17,181 nt of DNA from Octopus sinensis (taxonomy: Eukaryota), in assembly GCF_006345805.1 (NCBI RefSeq), contig NW_021824926.1, positions 1-17,181 on the forward strand, given 5' to 3'. Every line of letters starts with the position of its first letter. Positions within the stretch are counted from its first letter, which is position 1. Made by a program: the position numbers and the translations under genes. Under the pieces are notes generated by a model. It did not search any database. It was not told the DNA's origin and saw only the letters and a list, made by a program, of their open reading frames with translations. This document shows positions 7,812 through 16,339 of this stretch, one piece after another.

Positions 7812-9050
7812 ATTTCATCTCATCTCTTATATTCTTTGTCCACTTAATCATGGGAGGCTCGGTGGACAGAGTCCTCAAGCACGTTTTTCATCGGGTCCTG
7901 TCACAGGTAACTATCTGCAATCAAACCGGCTGGATCCCCAAGCGGGAGACCAACCGAACTCAAGGATGTTATTCAATATCCACGGTCTATCCCTGGGTCT
8001 CCTGCTGATTGCTTTTGTGTGCAAAACCTGTCCAGTGATTCTATCCCGATCAGTGGCCGCTCGTGTATAGTCATCGCGGAACTGCAGCTCCCCCTATTTC
8101 CACTGAATATTATCGATAAAATTCAATAATAATGAGTCCTTTTTTCTTCAATTCTCTCGTTATTCTTGTACATTATATAATCCTTAAGCTTAATGACAGT
8201 AGCCATCCCCTAGTTTATGAAAAAAATACAAAAATCCTTGTATAGAACTGTGTGCTTCACAGTTCCAGCGACGTGGTGTTTGGCTGTTGTGGGCATTCTC
8301 ACATGTCCGAGACAGGAAGCTGCACGCTAGAAAGAGAGAGCACTGTACTTCAGGCAATGCCAACCCTGGTGTGCTGGTGAAAGGTAGTGTTTTTTTTGTG
8401 ACACCACGTGTGTTGTACTTAAAAACGTATTTATATTCTTGAATGTGATAAAGTGTAGAATTCGATTATTATCGAATTTTTTCCCCTCTAATTTTGTGAT
8501 TTAGAGGGGATTTTTGAAAAACAAGGGGGAAATCGCAGCGGTTTTCAGTGAACAAATTAAACACACTACCCGGCAGTGGCTAAAACGCGAACCGATCAAG
8601 TTTATGTATAAATTTTCTTTTTATGTTTGTTTCCTTTTACGCAGTATTAAAACAACGGCTAAAAATTTTCTGATGTAGCACCCCAATTAATTTTATCCAC
8701 GTGCCGTCACTGATCCCGAGGCATTCTTAACACACGTCCGGAGTGTCAGAGCTCTGATCTCTCAAACTGGAAAAGTAGCTGCTCTACCTGGAGCGCCTCT
8801 CTGATCCCTGTGGTGCGCATCCCATCGAGTAATGTTGCACCAAAGACCCTTCAGGTGAACCCTATCTCGACCGCGTATTTGCGATCGTATCTTTTGGTAA
8901 TCACCCAAGATTCATGACCGTAGATAAGAGGGGACACGAACACCGAACTGAAGATCGTGGGTTTGGGTTTTACACCTACGTCTGTTTCTCATGACTGGAT
9001 GCTAACGCTGGATGCATTGCTTGTATTGTTGCTTGTCAATTCGTTAAGAT
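7812..9050 (-). pseudogene. 3' fragment of an RTE-clade LINE (C-terminal ORF region plus short-repeat tail), split by a hAT-type MITE
   Basis: The minus strand gives VPLIYGHESWVITKRYDRKYAVEIGFT*RVFGATLLDGMRTTGIREALQVEQLLFQFERSEL*HSGRVLRMPRD (about 8935-8713). After the insertion it continues RITGQVLHTKAISRRPRDRPWILNNILEFGWS...LGIQPV*LQIVTCDRTR*KTCLRTL. This fits the RTE YG-ESW / GHV-RM / RPRGRP pattern. GATGA repeats at 7815-7825 form the tail. Confidence 0.88.
8051..8712. mobile_element. Non-autonomous hAT-type element (family 2), 662 bp
   Basis: TSD ATCCCGAT (8043-8050) / ATCCCGAG (8713-8720), 7/8. TIRs CAGTGGCCGCTCGTGTATA versus CAGTGACGGCACGTGGATA (reverse complement of the right end), 15/19. 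Excising the element restores the RTE frame. Confidence 0.88.
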
Positions 9051-9061
9051 TTAACCAATTG

Positions 9062-9278
9062 ACTGGTTTCAAATTTTTGGCACGAGACTAAAAGGTTTGG
9101 GGGAGAGGGAAAGTCGATTGCATCAACCCCAGTGCATAACTGGTACTTATTTTTATTGACGCCGAAAGGATGAAAGGTAAAGTCGACCTCGGCAGAATTT
9201 GAACTCAGAACGTAAAGACGGGCGAAATGTTGCCAAGCATTTTGCCTGGCGTGCTAATAATTCTGCCAGCGCACCACC
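9062..9278 (-). mobile_element. tRNA-derived SINE, family B-related, with a different tail
   Basis: Shares AAGTCGATT...CCCCAGTGC...GAAAGGATGAAAGG..AAGTCGACCTC...GAATTTGAACTCAGAACG...TTCTGCCAGC with family B. The tail segment 9062-9110 differs. Confidence 0.82.
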
Positions 9279-9732
9279 TAATTATAAACAGTTTGATTAA
9301 CAATCCAGTCAATCAATCAATCAATCAATAAGGTTTGTCAAAGTCCTTTCGTCGCTATTCACAACATCATCGATGACGCGCCCTCTCTACTCCAGGTCTG
9401 CTAAAGATCTCTTTGCCTCAAAAGAAGTGAAATGGAACCAGTGCATGTATTTATTAATATTGGCGCAATGACCTTCCCGAGATACAAGACTTATTTCAAC
9501 ACTCGATTTCCCATCAACAATCTTGGTAACCAAACACAAAAACCAATCATAATATTTATTAAAACACAAGTAGTCAGGCGCGTTTTCAGTCTCACGGAAT
9601 TTTGTGAGAAAACTGGATTTCTTATGTTCGTGTTTCCTATGTGGTGGGCAGGAAATTGTTCTCGGAAGAAGTGGAGAATTTTGTTTCTCGTTTATCTTTC
9701 CTTTTAGGAGAAGAAATACTGAAAATTTTAAC

Positions 9733-9800
9733 CCAGAACGCAAAGACAGACGAAATATCGCTACGCATTTCGTCTGGTGTGTTAATAATTCTGTCACCTA
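9733..9800 (-). mobile_element. Head-only fragment of a family B SINE
   Basis: CAGAACGCAAAGACAGACGAAATATCGCTACGCATTTCGTCTGGTGTGTTAATAATTCTG aligns with the family B head. Confidence 0.7.
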
Positions 9801-10012
9801 ACCGATTGATTAACAAATAGTTTGATTTGATCAGGAAAAATAAAACAAAATAAAATAATAATAAGAAAATAAACAGCAGGCAGCATGAGAAGCCACAACA
9901 ACAGTAGGTCCCCCCCACACACACACACTCGAGTTGGGAAGCGAGGGGTGAGGGGACGAGGAGAGGGTTATAGAACAAGGTTGTGACTAATGTCAAATGT
10001 TACCTTCTCGAG

Positions 10013-10238
10013 AAATACCGACTAATAAGGACCGGTTTCCCGATTTTTTTTTGGCGTATATATTCTCCAGCTGGGTGGGACGCTGGTCTGTAGCAGGATT
10101 ACTCGGTGGAGCAACGTGAAATGAAGTGTTTTGCTCAAGAGCACAACACATCGCTCAGTTCAGGAATCGAAACCACAATCTTATGATCATGAGTGCAGCC
10201 CCCCCCCCCCCCCCGCAACCACTAAGCCACGCGCCTCC
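10013..10238 (-). mobile_element. tRNA-derived SINE, family D
   Basis: The minus-strand head reads GGAGGCGCGTGGCTTAGTGG (A-box-like), GGTTTCGATTCC (B-box-like), then core TTGAGCAAAACACTTCATTTCACGTTGCTCC. A poly-C expansion lies at about 10199-10214. The tail boundary is approximate. Confidence 0.8.
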
Positions 10239-10501
10239 ACCAGGTTGCTACTGTTGATCTTTACTGCGACGATCACTGAAAAAAAATGTAGTCGACCTCA
10301 ACAACTCATCCACAACACCAATGGCCTCAGAGGTGGGAGTTCCAGTAAGAGATTTCGCCCTCTAGTTACTGTGGCTCTCAACCATTCCCCGCCCCCTGTT
10401 GGCCCCTTTGATTCTTGTTTTATTCTACTTGTTTTATTCTTGTTTTATTCGATGTATATAAAGAAAATCCTACTGTATTTTTTATAATGAAATATTTATT
10501 A

Positions 10502-11054
10502 CTTTATTGCCCTCAGGGGTGCTAAACACAGAGGGGACAAACAAAGGGTTTCAGTCGATTACATCGGCCCCAGTGCGTAACTGACCCCGAAAGGATGAAA
10601 GGCAAAGTCGACCTCGACGGAATTTGAACTCAGGACGTAACGACAGACGAAATACCTATCTTCTTACTACCCGCAAGAGGACAAACAAGAACAGACAAAC
10701 GGATTAAGTCGATTATATTGACCCCAGTGCGTAACTGGTACTTATTTAATCGACCATGAAAAGATGAAAAGCAAAGTCGACCTTGGCAGAATTTGAACTC
10801 AGAACGTAGCGGCAGACGAAATACCCATTTCTTTACTACCCACAAGAGGCTAAACACAGAGGACAAACAGGGACAGACAAACGGATTAAGTCGATTATAT
10901 CGACCCCAGTGCGTAACTGGTACTTAATTTATCGACCCTGAAAGGATGAAAGGCAAAGTCGACCTCGGTGGAATTTGAACTCAGAACGTAACGGCAGACG
11001 AAATACCGCTAAGCATTTTGCCCGGCGTGATAACGATTCTTCCAGCTCGCCGCT
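10502..11054 (-). mobile_element. Head-to-tail trimer of family B SINE (one complete head, two units truncated at the same base)
   Basis: Units at about 10502-10656, 10657-10825 and 10826-11054. The first two stop at GACGAAATACC; only the third continues to CCAGCTCGCCGC. Confidence 0.9.
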
Positions 11055-11141
11055 CTTATAATTAAATATTATTAGGAACTGTATTAAAAGAAAAGAAAAT
11101 ATTTGGTGTATTGTAAAATTATAAACAATTTATTGCAGATA

Positions 11142-11490
11142 GAGTTAAAGGTAAGCTAACGACCGCCTTCGGTCATGAAGGGCCATGGGACTGCATCTAG
11201 AAAGTTCCCCTCCGAGGCACAAGTCTGGGCAAGGTTGTTTATGGAAGACCAGCGGTCGCCCATGCATACCAACTTCCACTCTCCACGCCACCGATGTTAA
11301 CCAAGGGAAAGGCAAAGGGGCCGATACAGCTTGGCACCAGTTATGACGTCACAGCACATTTCTACAGCTGAGTGGACTGGGGCAATGTGAAATAAAGTGC
11401 CTTGCTCGAAAACACAATAAACAGTCCGGTCCTGGAATCGAACTCGCGGCCTTATGATGGCGGTGGACCCGATGCTCTAACCACTGAGCC
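11142..11490 (-). mobile_element. tRNA-derived SINE (core shared with families C/D, distinct tail)
   Basis: The minus strand reads GGCTCAGTGGTTAGAGC (A-box-like), GAGTTCGATTCC (B-box-like), then core GAGCAAGGCACTTTATTTCACATTGCCCCAGTCCACTCAGCTG and tail CCCATGGCCCTTCATGACCGAAGGCGGTC. It interrupts the MITE at GCAGATA|ATTTTAAC. Confidence 0.85.
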
Positions 11491-11534
11491 ATTTTAACAA
11501 AATCTTATATGGACTTCTGTTGAGAATCACTGCT

Positions 11535-11870
11535 AGCACAAAATCAGTGAGGGACCCAAAGCGACCCTTGCCTGGCAACAAAGGGGAGAAAAGGGACCCA
11601 AAGATAAGTGGAAATCAAGTAGTGGTGGCAGGGTGAGGGAAGAAAGATGGTATTCAAAAGGGTCTGAACAAGTTTAAAGGATCAGAGAGGTCAAAACAGC
11701 AACAGAAAATAAAACTACAGCAGGCTCGAGTTAGGGAAAGAATATACTTGTCGAAAAGGACAAAGACAAGTCGGCAGACTTTATAAACAAAACGCTTTTG
11801 TGGCTGGAGGGACACACGATGGTGCTTCCATAGATTAACGGCCAGAGAAGAGGAGTAGCAACAGCAGACT
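11535..11870 (-). mobile_element. Possible LINE 3' UTR fragment (pyrimidine-rich on the minus strand)
   Basis: AGAAAATAAAACTACAGCAGG-CTCGAGTTAGGGAA (11704-11738) resembles AGAAAATAAACAGCAGG...CTCGAGTTGGGAAG at 9864-9940, so it is a dispersed repeat. The LINE assignment is inference only. Confidence 0.35.
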
Positions 11871-11894
11871 TATGAACGCAGACCTTCTTTCCAG

Positions 11895-11967
11895 AGTAGC
11901 AGTAGTAGTAGTAGTAGCAATGAGGAAGAGAGAGAGGAGGAAGAGGAGGATGTGCAGCAGTTGCAGT

Positions 11968-11998
<31 letters not shown>

Positions 11999-12357
11999 TT
12001 AGCAGCAGTAGCAGCAAGAGGAGGAGGAAAAAGAGGAGGAAGAGGAGGAGGAAAAAGAGGAGGAAGAGGAGGAGGCGCAGCAGTTGCAGTAGCAATAGTA
12101 GTAGTAGTAGTAGTAGTAGTAATAGGAAGAGGAGGAGGTGGTGGAGGAGAAGGAAGAAGAGGAAGAGGAGGATGGCAACAGTTATAGTAATAGTAGTAGC
12201 AGTAGGAGGAGGAGGAGCAGGAGGAGGGGAGGAGGCGGAGGAGGAACTACAGCAGCAGCAGCAGTAGGAGGAGGAGGAGGAGGAGGAGAAGGGGTAGGAA
12301 ATGCAATAGTAGGAGGAGGAGGGGGAGGAAAAGAAGGAGAAGCAGTAGTAGTAGTAT
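11895..12357. repeat. Compound (AGT)n/(AGC)n/(AGG)n purine-rich trinucleotide tract with an internal duplication
   Basis: Direct reading. The block GGAAGAGGAGGA..GCAGCAGTTGCAGTAGCA occurs at about 11939 and 12062. Confidence 0.95.
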
Positions 12358-12569
12358 GAGGATTGGTGAATGCGCTGTAATACATCCCCCATTTGTTGGC
12401 GATTCCCCAATTGTTTGCTTCTGGCAGACGATAACTTTGCACCCCCCCCCAATCCATGGGTCTGCCTGGATAGTCGTTGCTGGTGAAGGTTTTACGAGGT
12501 CAGAGTGCAAATCCTCCCTCGACTTTTTTGAGTCCCTTTTTACGACATGCAGAGAAAACGTTGGGTCTG

Positions 12570-12718
12570 TCCCTTCACATGCCGGTCTCCACGCAGCAAA
12601 AGAGGAACGTGAAATAAAGTGTTTTGCTCAAACATACAACACGCCACCTGGTTAGGAATTCGAACCCACGATGTAGCAATCATGAATGCAAAACCTTAAA
12701 CACTGGGCCACACGCCTT
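12570..12718 (-). mobile_element. tRNA-derived SINE, family D, degenerate head and core
   Basis: The minus strand reads AGGCGTGTGGCCCAGTG, GGGTTCGAATTCC, then TTGAGCAAAACACTTTATTTCACGTT. Homologous to 10100-10238. Confidence 0.78.
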
Positions 12719-12900
12719 TCCAGAAGATGTACGAAAATTCGTTTCTGAAGTGATGCCCCTCACTCCTCACAGTTAAATTTCGGAGCGACTCTCAAGGGAA
12801 AGGAGAGATAATTATAGAAATTAAGAAAAAAATAATTTTTAGTTCTAATTCTCCACCTTAAATGGAAAACATGATTTTTGTTAATAGTAACGTTGACAAT

Positions 12901-12939
12901 CGTAGATATGTTTCGGTCTTATTGGGTCTTATCAGTACA
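12901..12939 (-). ncRNA. Degenerate minimal type-I hammerhead-ribozyme-like motif
   Basis: Minus strand: TGTA-CTGATAA-GACCCAATAAGACC-GAAA-CATAT-C-TACG. Stem I TGTA/TACG pairs. The core deviates (G8 to A), and stems II and III carry mismatches. Confidence 0.5.
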
Positions 12940-13227
12940 TCAAAGTCAGTATCACATTTTTTGATCAGTGAATAATAGAATTTTCACATAAAGAAACAAA
13001 AAGGGAGCAAATGTCAGCTTTCCCCCCAAAAGCACAAGAATGAAATTATTAAAATTCTGTCTTAATTACTAGCCTAATTTCTACTCTACCCTAATTATAA
13101 GCTCCTGTCCTAACTACTAGCCCCTTCTTAATTAGTGGCCCGTTTTGTAATTACTTTTCCGTGTCCTAATTATCATTAACCATTGCCGTAATTGTTAACA
13201 CACTCCACTCTAAACAAATTAACATCA

Positions 13228-13395
13228 AACACACACACACACACATACACACACACACACACGCACATACATACATACCTACACACACACACACCACACA
13301 CACACACACATATATATATATACATATATACATACATACATGCATGCATGCATACATACATACATACATACGTACATACATATATACATACATAC

Positions 13396-13449
<54 letters not shown>

Positions 13450-13451
13450 TG

Positions 13452-13487
<36 letters not shown>
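13228..13487. repeat. Compound (CA)n/(TACA)n/(TA)n microsatellite
   Basis: Direct reading. Confidence 0.97.
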
Positions 13488-14200
13488 CGAGCGATTCCCG
13501 ATAAGAATATTCTTCCAGCATTCGTTACCTTATGTCCTCTGGCCTAACGGCCCTCCCCGTTTTTGTTTCGTTTCGTTCGTTGTTGTATGTTTTGTTTTTG
13601 TTACCAATTTTGACCCTCCGCAAATCCCAAATTTTATTTTGGTTCGCAGGAGCAACTGTTTCCTCGAAGGCACATATTGTCGTGAATTGCTCGAAATGTG
13701 GAGTAGATAATCAGCCGGCAACTGATGAAGGGTCGTTCTATATGTTACCTGTCTTGTTTTCCATTTGTTTCTCTCGTTGTTCGCATACCCAGGTTTGCCT
13801 TCGCATTTCATGTTTTCGTACTTCGTAATCCATGATGTTTTCGTATTTCATGTTGTTTACGTTTTGTGACGTCCTGTTCCCATATATGCATATATATGTA
13901 AGTATGTACATATATGGATGTATAAATATGTAGAAAAATACAAACTGGGACAAGAACGTAAAACATTTAGAAGACGATGCAAAAAATACGGACGGGACAT
14001 TCGAAGCCTTCAATCTTCAGTCAAGAACCGGATCATCCTAGCAATTTCGGCTGATTAATCTTGAGATCGCTCCGATCCGGCCAGCTCCAAGGAAAAACTA
14101 AGCTACGAGCATTAGATTTCTTGGAAGAAGAATCGAATGTATACGAAACAGGGACAGAAAAACGGACGATACAACACGAATATAAAATACAAAAACAATA
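13488..14200. mobile_element. Two related repeat units in convergent orientation, bounded by (TA)n tracts; possibly Penelope-like terminal-repeat fragments
   Basis: The plus unit has GATAATCAGCCGGCAACTG...TTTTGTGACGTCCTGTTCCC. The minus unit has GATTAATCAGCCGAAATTG...TTTTACGTTCTTGTCCC. A TA/TG-rich spacer lies at about 13891-13940. The family call rests on the hammerhead remnant and is inference. Confidence 0.4.
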
Positions 14201-14280
<80 letters not shown>

Positions 14281-14323
14281 ATTATTATACGACTGAACGC
14301 CACCACAAATCCATTTCCAAGTG

Positions 14324-14414
<91 letters not shown>

Positions 14415-14507
14415 GTATATATATATATTATATAATAACATATAGATAGATATAGATATAGATGGATAGATAGATAGATAGAGAGAGAGAGAGAAATAGA
14501 TAGATAG
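14200..14507. repeat. (TA)n and (GATA)n microsatellites with a ~40-bp interruption at about 14285-14322
   Basis: Direct reading. Confidence 0.95.
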
Positions 14508-14767
14508 GTCAAATGTAGGATTCAGTAGAATCTAGGCATATCAACAAGTAGGACGCCAGGAATGGCTGGGTACTTAGTATAGAGCTCACAATAAGGTAAA
14601 ACAATCCTTAAATTTGTTGGTACTCACACACAGACACACACACATATAAGTACATACACATAGTCATATTCATACACCCATAGGTACCAAATCCAGTATG
14701 AACCGTTGATCAAAATATCACTTGTTTACTATGGTATCTGGTGAACGAGTCAAACTTGTTTAAGGTC

Positions 14768-14850
14768 ATTTACCTGATAATGGCAGGTTTTTGCTATGAT
14801 GTAATCTTAGGAGGCATCAATAAAAAGCTGCCGAAACGGCTGTTGTGAAT
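14768..14850 (+). ncRNA. Type-I hammerhead-ribozyme-like motif with a long stem II and a minimal, near-palindromic stem III
   Basis: Stem I ATTTAC (14768-73) / GTGAAT (14845-50). Core CTGATAA+T. Stem II GGCAG-G-TTTTT..TGATG / CATCA..AAAAA-G-CTGCC. GAAA at 14833-36. Stem III AC/GT closes the loop GGCT, and the triplet GTT is at 14842-44. Non-canonical features are G8 to A and a GUU triplet. Confidence 0.7.
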
Positions 14851-15033
14851 TTTGAACCCCACTTGTGTTCGAAAATTAAAGGTGTCTATTTACTTCCTGC
14901 ATATCTGTTTGTGTGTATGTATATATATATTTAAAATTAAGGATAAAATCTTTGTAAGAAATTATCAGTAGTTAGCGTGAAAAAACTCGTAAGAGAAAAA
15001 AATCTGTAAATTTTTCCACTTTGAAAATATTTA

Positions 15034-15239
15034 TTTATATTATATAGAGGGTTTTATATTATATAGAGGGTGCATTGATTGCGAAATCACAGGTGATATG
15101 TAACTAAATTCTGTTTTTAAATTACTTGCTTTGAAGTTTTGCATTCGGTACAATTTGTTTATTTTAGTAGTTTTGACTTTAAAAGTCCCTCCGAGCGTGT
15201 CGGTACCTATGAATAATAGTACCCTCTATATAATATAAA
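15034..15239. repeat. Small element bounded by a perfect 19-bp inverted repeat, with the left arm tandemly duplicated
   Basis: TTTATATTATATAGAGGGT at 15034-15052 and 15053-15071; its exact reverse complement ACCCTCTATATAATATAAA at 15221-15239. Confidence 0.8.
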
Positions 15240-15245
15240 TATTTA

Positions 15246-15388
15246 TATATATGTGTGTGTGTGTGTGTGTGTTTGTGTGTGTGTATAATGGAACAAAAAC
15301 GCACCGGATATACGCAAAGAAAAATACAGATACACACACGCACACATATACATACATACATACATACATACATACATACATACATACA

Positions 15389-15419
<31 letters not shown>

Positions 15420-15428
15420 GCACACATA
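15246..15428. repeat. (GT)n and (TACA)n microsatellites
   Basis: Direct reading. Confidence 0.95.
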
Positions 15429-15619
15429 TATAAGACCGGTCTCTGCGCAATTTCCGTCCACCAAATTCGCTCTGCCTGCTTCCATCAGAGTAATGTCTTG
15501 GCTAAAAAGGACGAAGACCCATAGCAGTGCCACAGATCATAATTCCAACGTCTTTGACGATGACATCTGGTTGCTTCAGTTTGATTTCCTTGCCAATATC
15601 CCAGACAGACAATCCGATA

Positions 15620-15800
15620 AAGACGTGACTAAGCCATTCCTGCAATGACTCTCTTGGTCACGCCTTTGTCGCATTGCATTTTATCTTTCCACGACTTATT
15701 GTTAGTCATCATTTGGAAGCGTCGGTTCCAATGTGGACGTGGACGGTCACCACGTGGAAATGGTATTATGCCATACTTCTTGGTCGGAGTGCTGGTGATA
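15620..15800 (-). pseudogene. Possible degenerate RTE-type LINE C-terminal fragment
   Basis: Minus-strand translation KKYGIIPFPRGDRPRPHWNRRFQMMTNNKSWKD resembles the RGRPRxxW end of RTE ORFs. The match is short and weak. Confidence 0.4.
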
Positions 15801-15807
15801 CTAAGAA

Positions 15808-15868
15808 ATAGATAGATAGATAGAGAGAGAGAGAGAAGAGGTAGATCGATAGAGAGAGAGATAGTGAG

Positions 15869-15931
<63 letters not shown>

Positions 15932-16000
15932 CAGATACGCAGATAGATAGATAGGTAGGTAGGTAGGTAGGTAGATAGATAGATAGATAAATACATAGAT

Positions 16001-16043
<43 letters not shown>

Positions 16044-16050
16044 GACAGAG

Positions 16051-16108
<58 letters not shown>

Positions 16109-16284
16109 GTAGATAAGTTTCTTTATTGGATACACAGGGCTGCACACAGATGGGACAAGTTACAAGGTAGAGCTTTTCTTTTGGGGGATGAAGAGAACAA
16201 AAAACAAAAGAAGAGATAGATAGATAGATGGATAGATAGATAGATAGATAGACAGACAGATCGAGAGGAAGAGAGAGAGAGAGA

Positions 16285-16330
<46 letters not shown>
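15808..16330. repeat. (GATA)n/(GA)n microsatellites interrupted at about 16115-16210
   Basis: Direct reading. Confidence 0.95.
16118..16180 (-). mobile_element. Retroposon 3'-tail fragment related to the family B SINE tail
   Basis: TTTCTTTATTGGATACACAGGGCTGCACACAGATGGGACAA versus TTTCTTTATTGCCCACAAGGGGCTAAACACAGAGGGGACAA at about 6902. Confidence 0.6.
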
Positions 16331-16332
<2 letters not shown>

Positions 16333-16339
16333 TGAAGCC

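Larger units (their letters stand above)
10369..11532 (+). mobile_element. hAT-type MITE family 1, copy 4, containing a tandem family B SINE trimer and a second SINE
   Basis: Ends CTGTGGCTCTCAACC and GTTGAGAATCACTG. Internal pieces ATAATTAAATATTATTAGGAACTGTATT...TATTGCAGATA and ATTTTAACAAAATCTTATATGGAC match copies 1 and 3. The TSD is not convincing (TCTAGTTA / CTAGCACA). Confidence 0.72.

Noticed and set aside
7699-8070. 123-aa plus-strand ORF
   Set aside because: It starts at TTG, has no recognisable domain and is mostly antisense to the RTE LINE remnant.
9387-9797. 136-aa minus-strand ORF as a LINE C-terminal zinc-knuckle region or a host exon
   Set aside because: It begins in a SINE head and ends in a dispersed repeat arm, and it has no convincing CCHC spacing or splice context.
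11835-12457. 205-aa and overlapping low-complexity ORFs
   Set aside because: They are translations of the AGT/AGC/AGG tract.
13994-14025. Minus-strand CTGAAGA...CGAATGTC as a further hammerhead
   Set aside because: Stem II would need a 1-nt loop, GAAA is incomplete and stem I does not pair.
13166-16147. Numerous (YI)n, (MYVC)n, (HTYI)n and (LSIY)n ORFs
   Set aside because: They are di- and tetranucleotide microsatellite translations.
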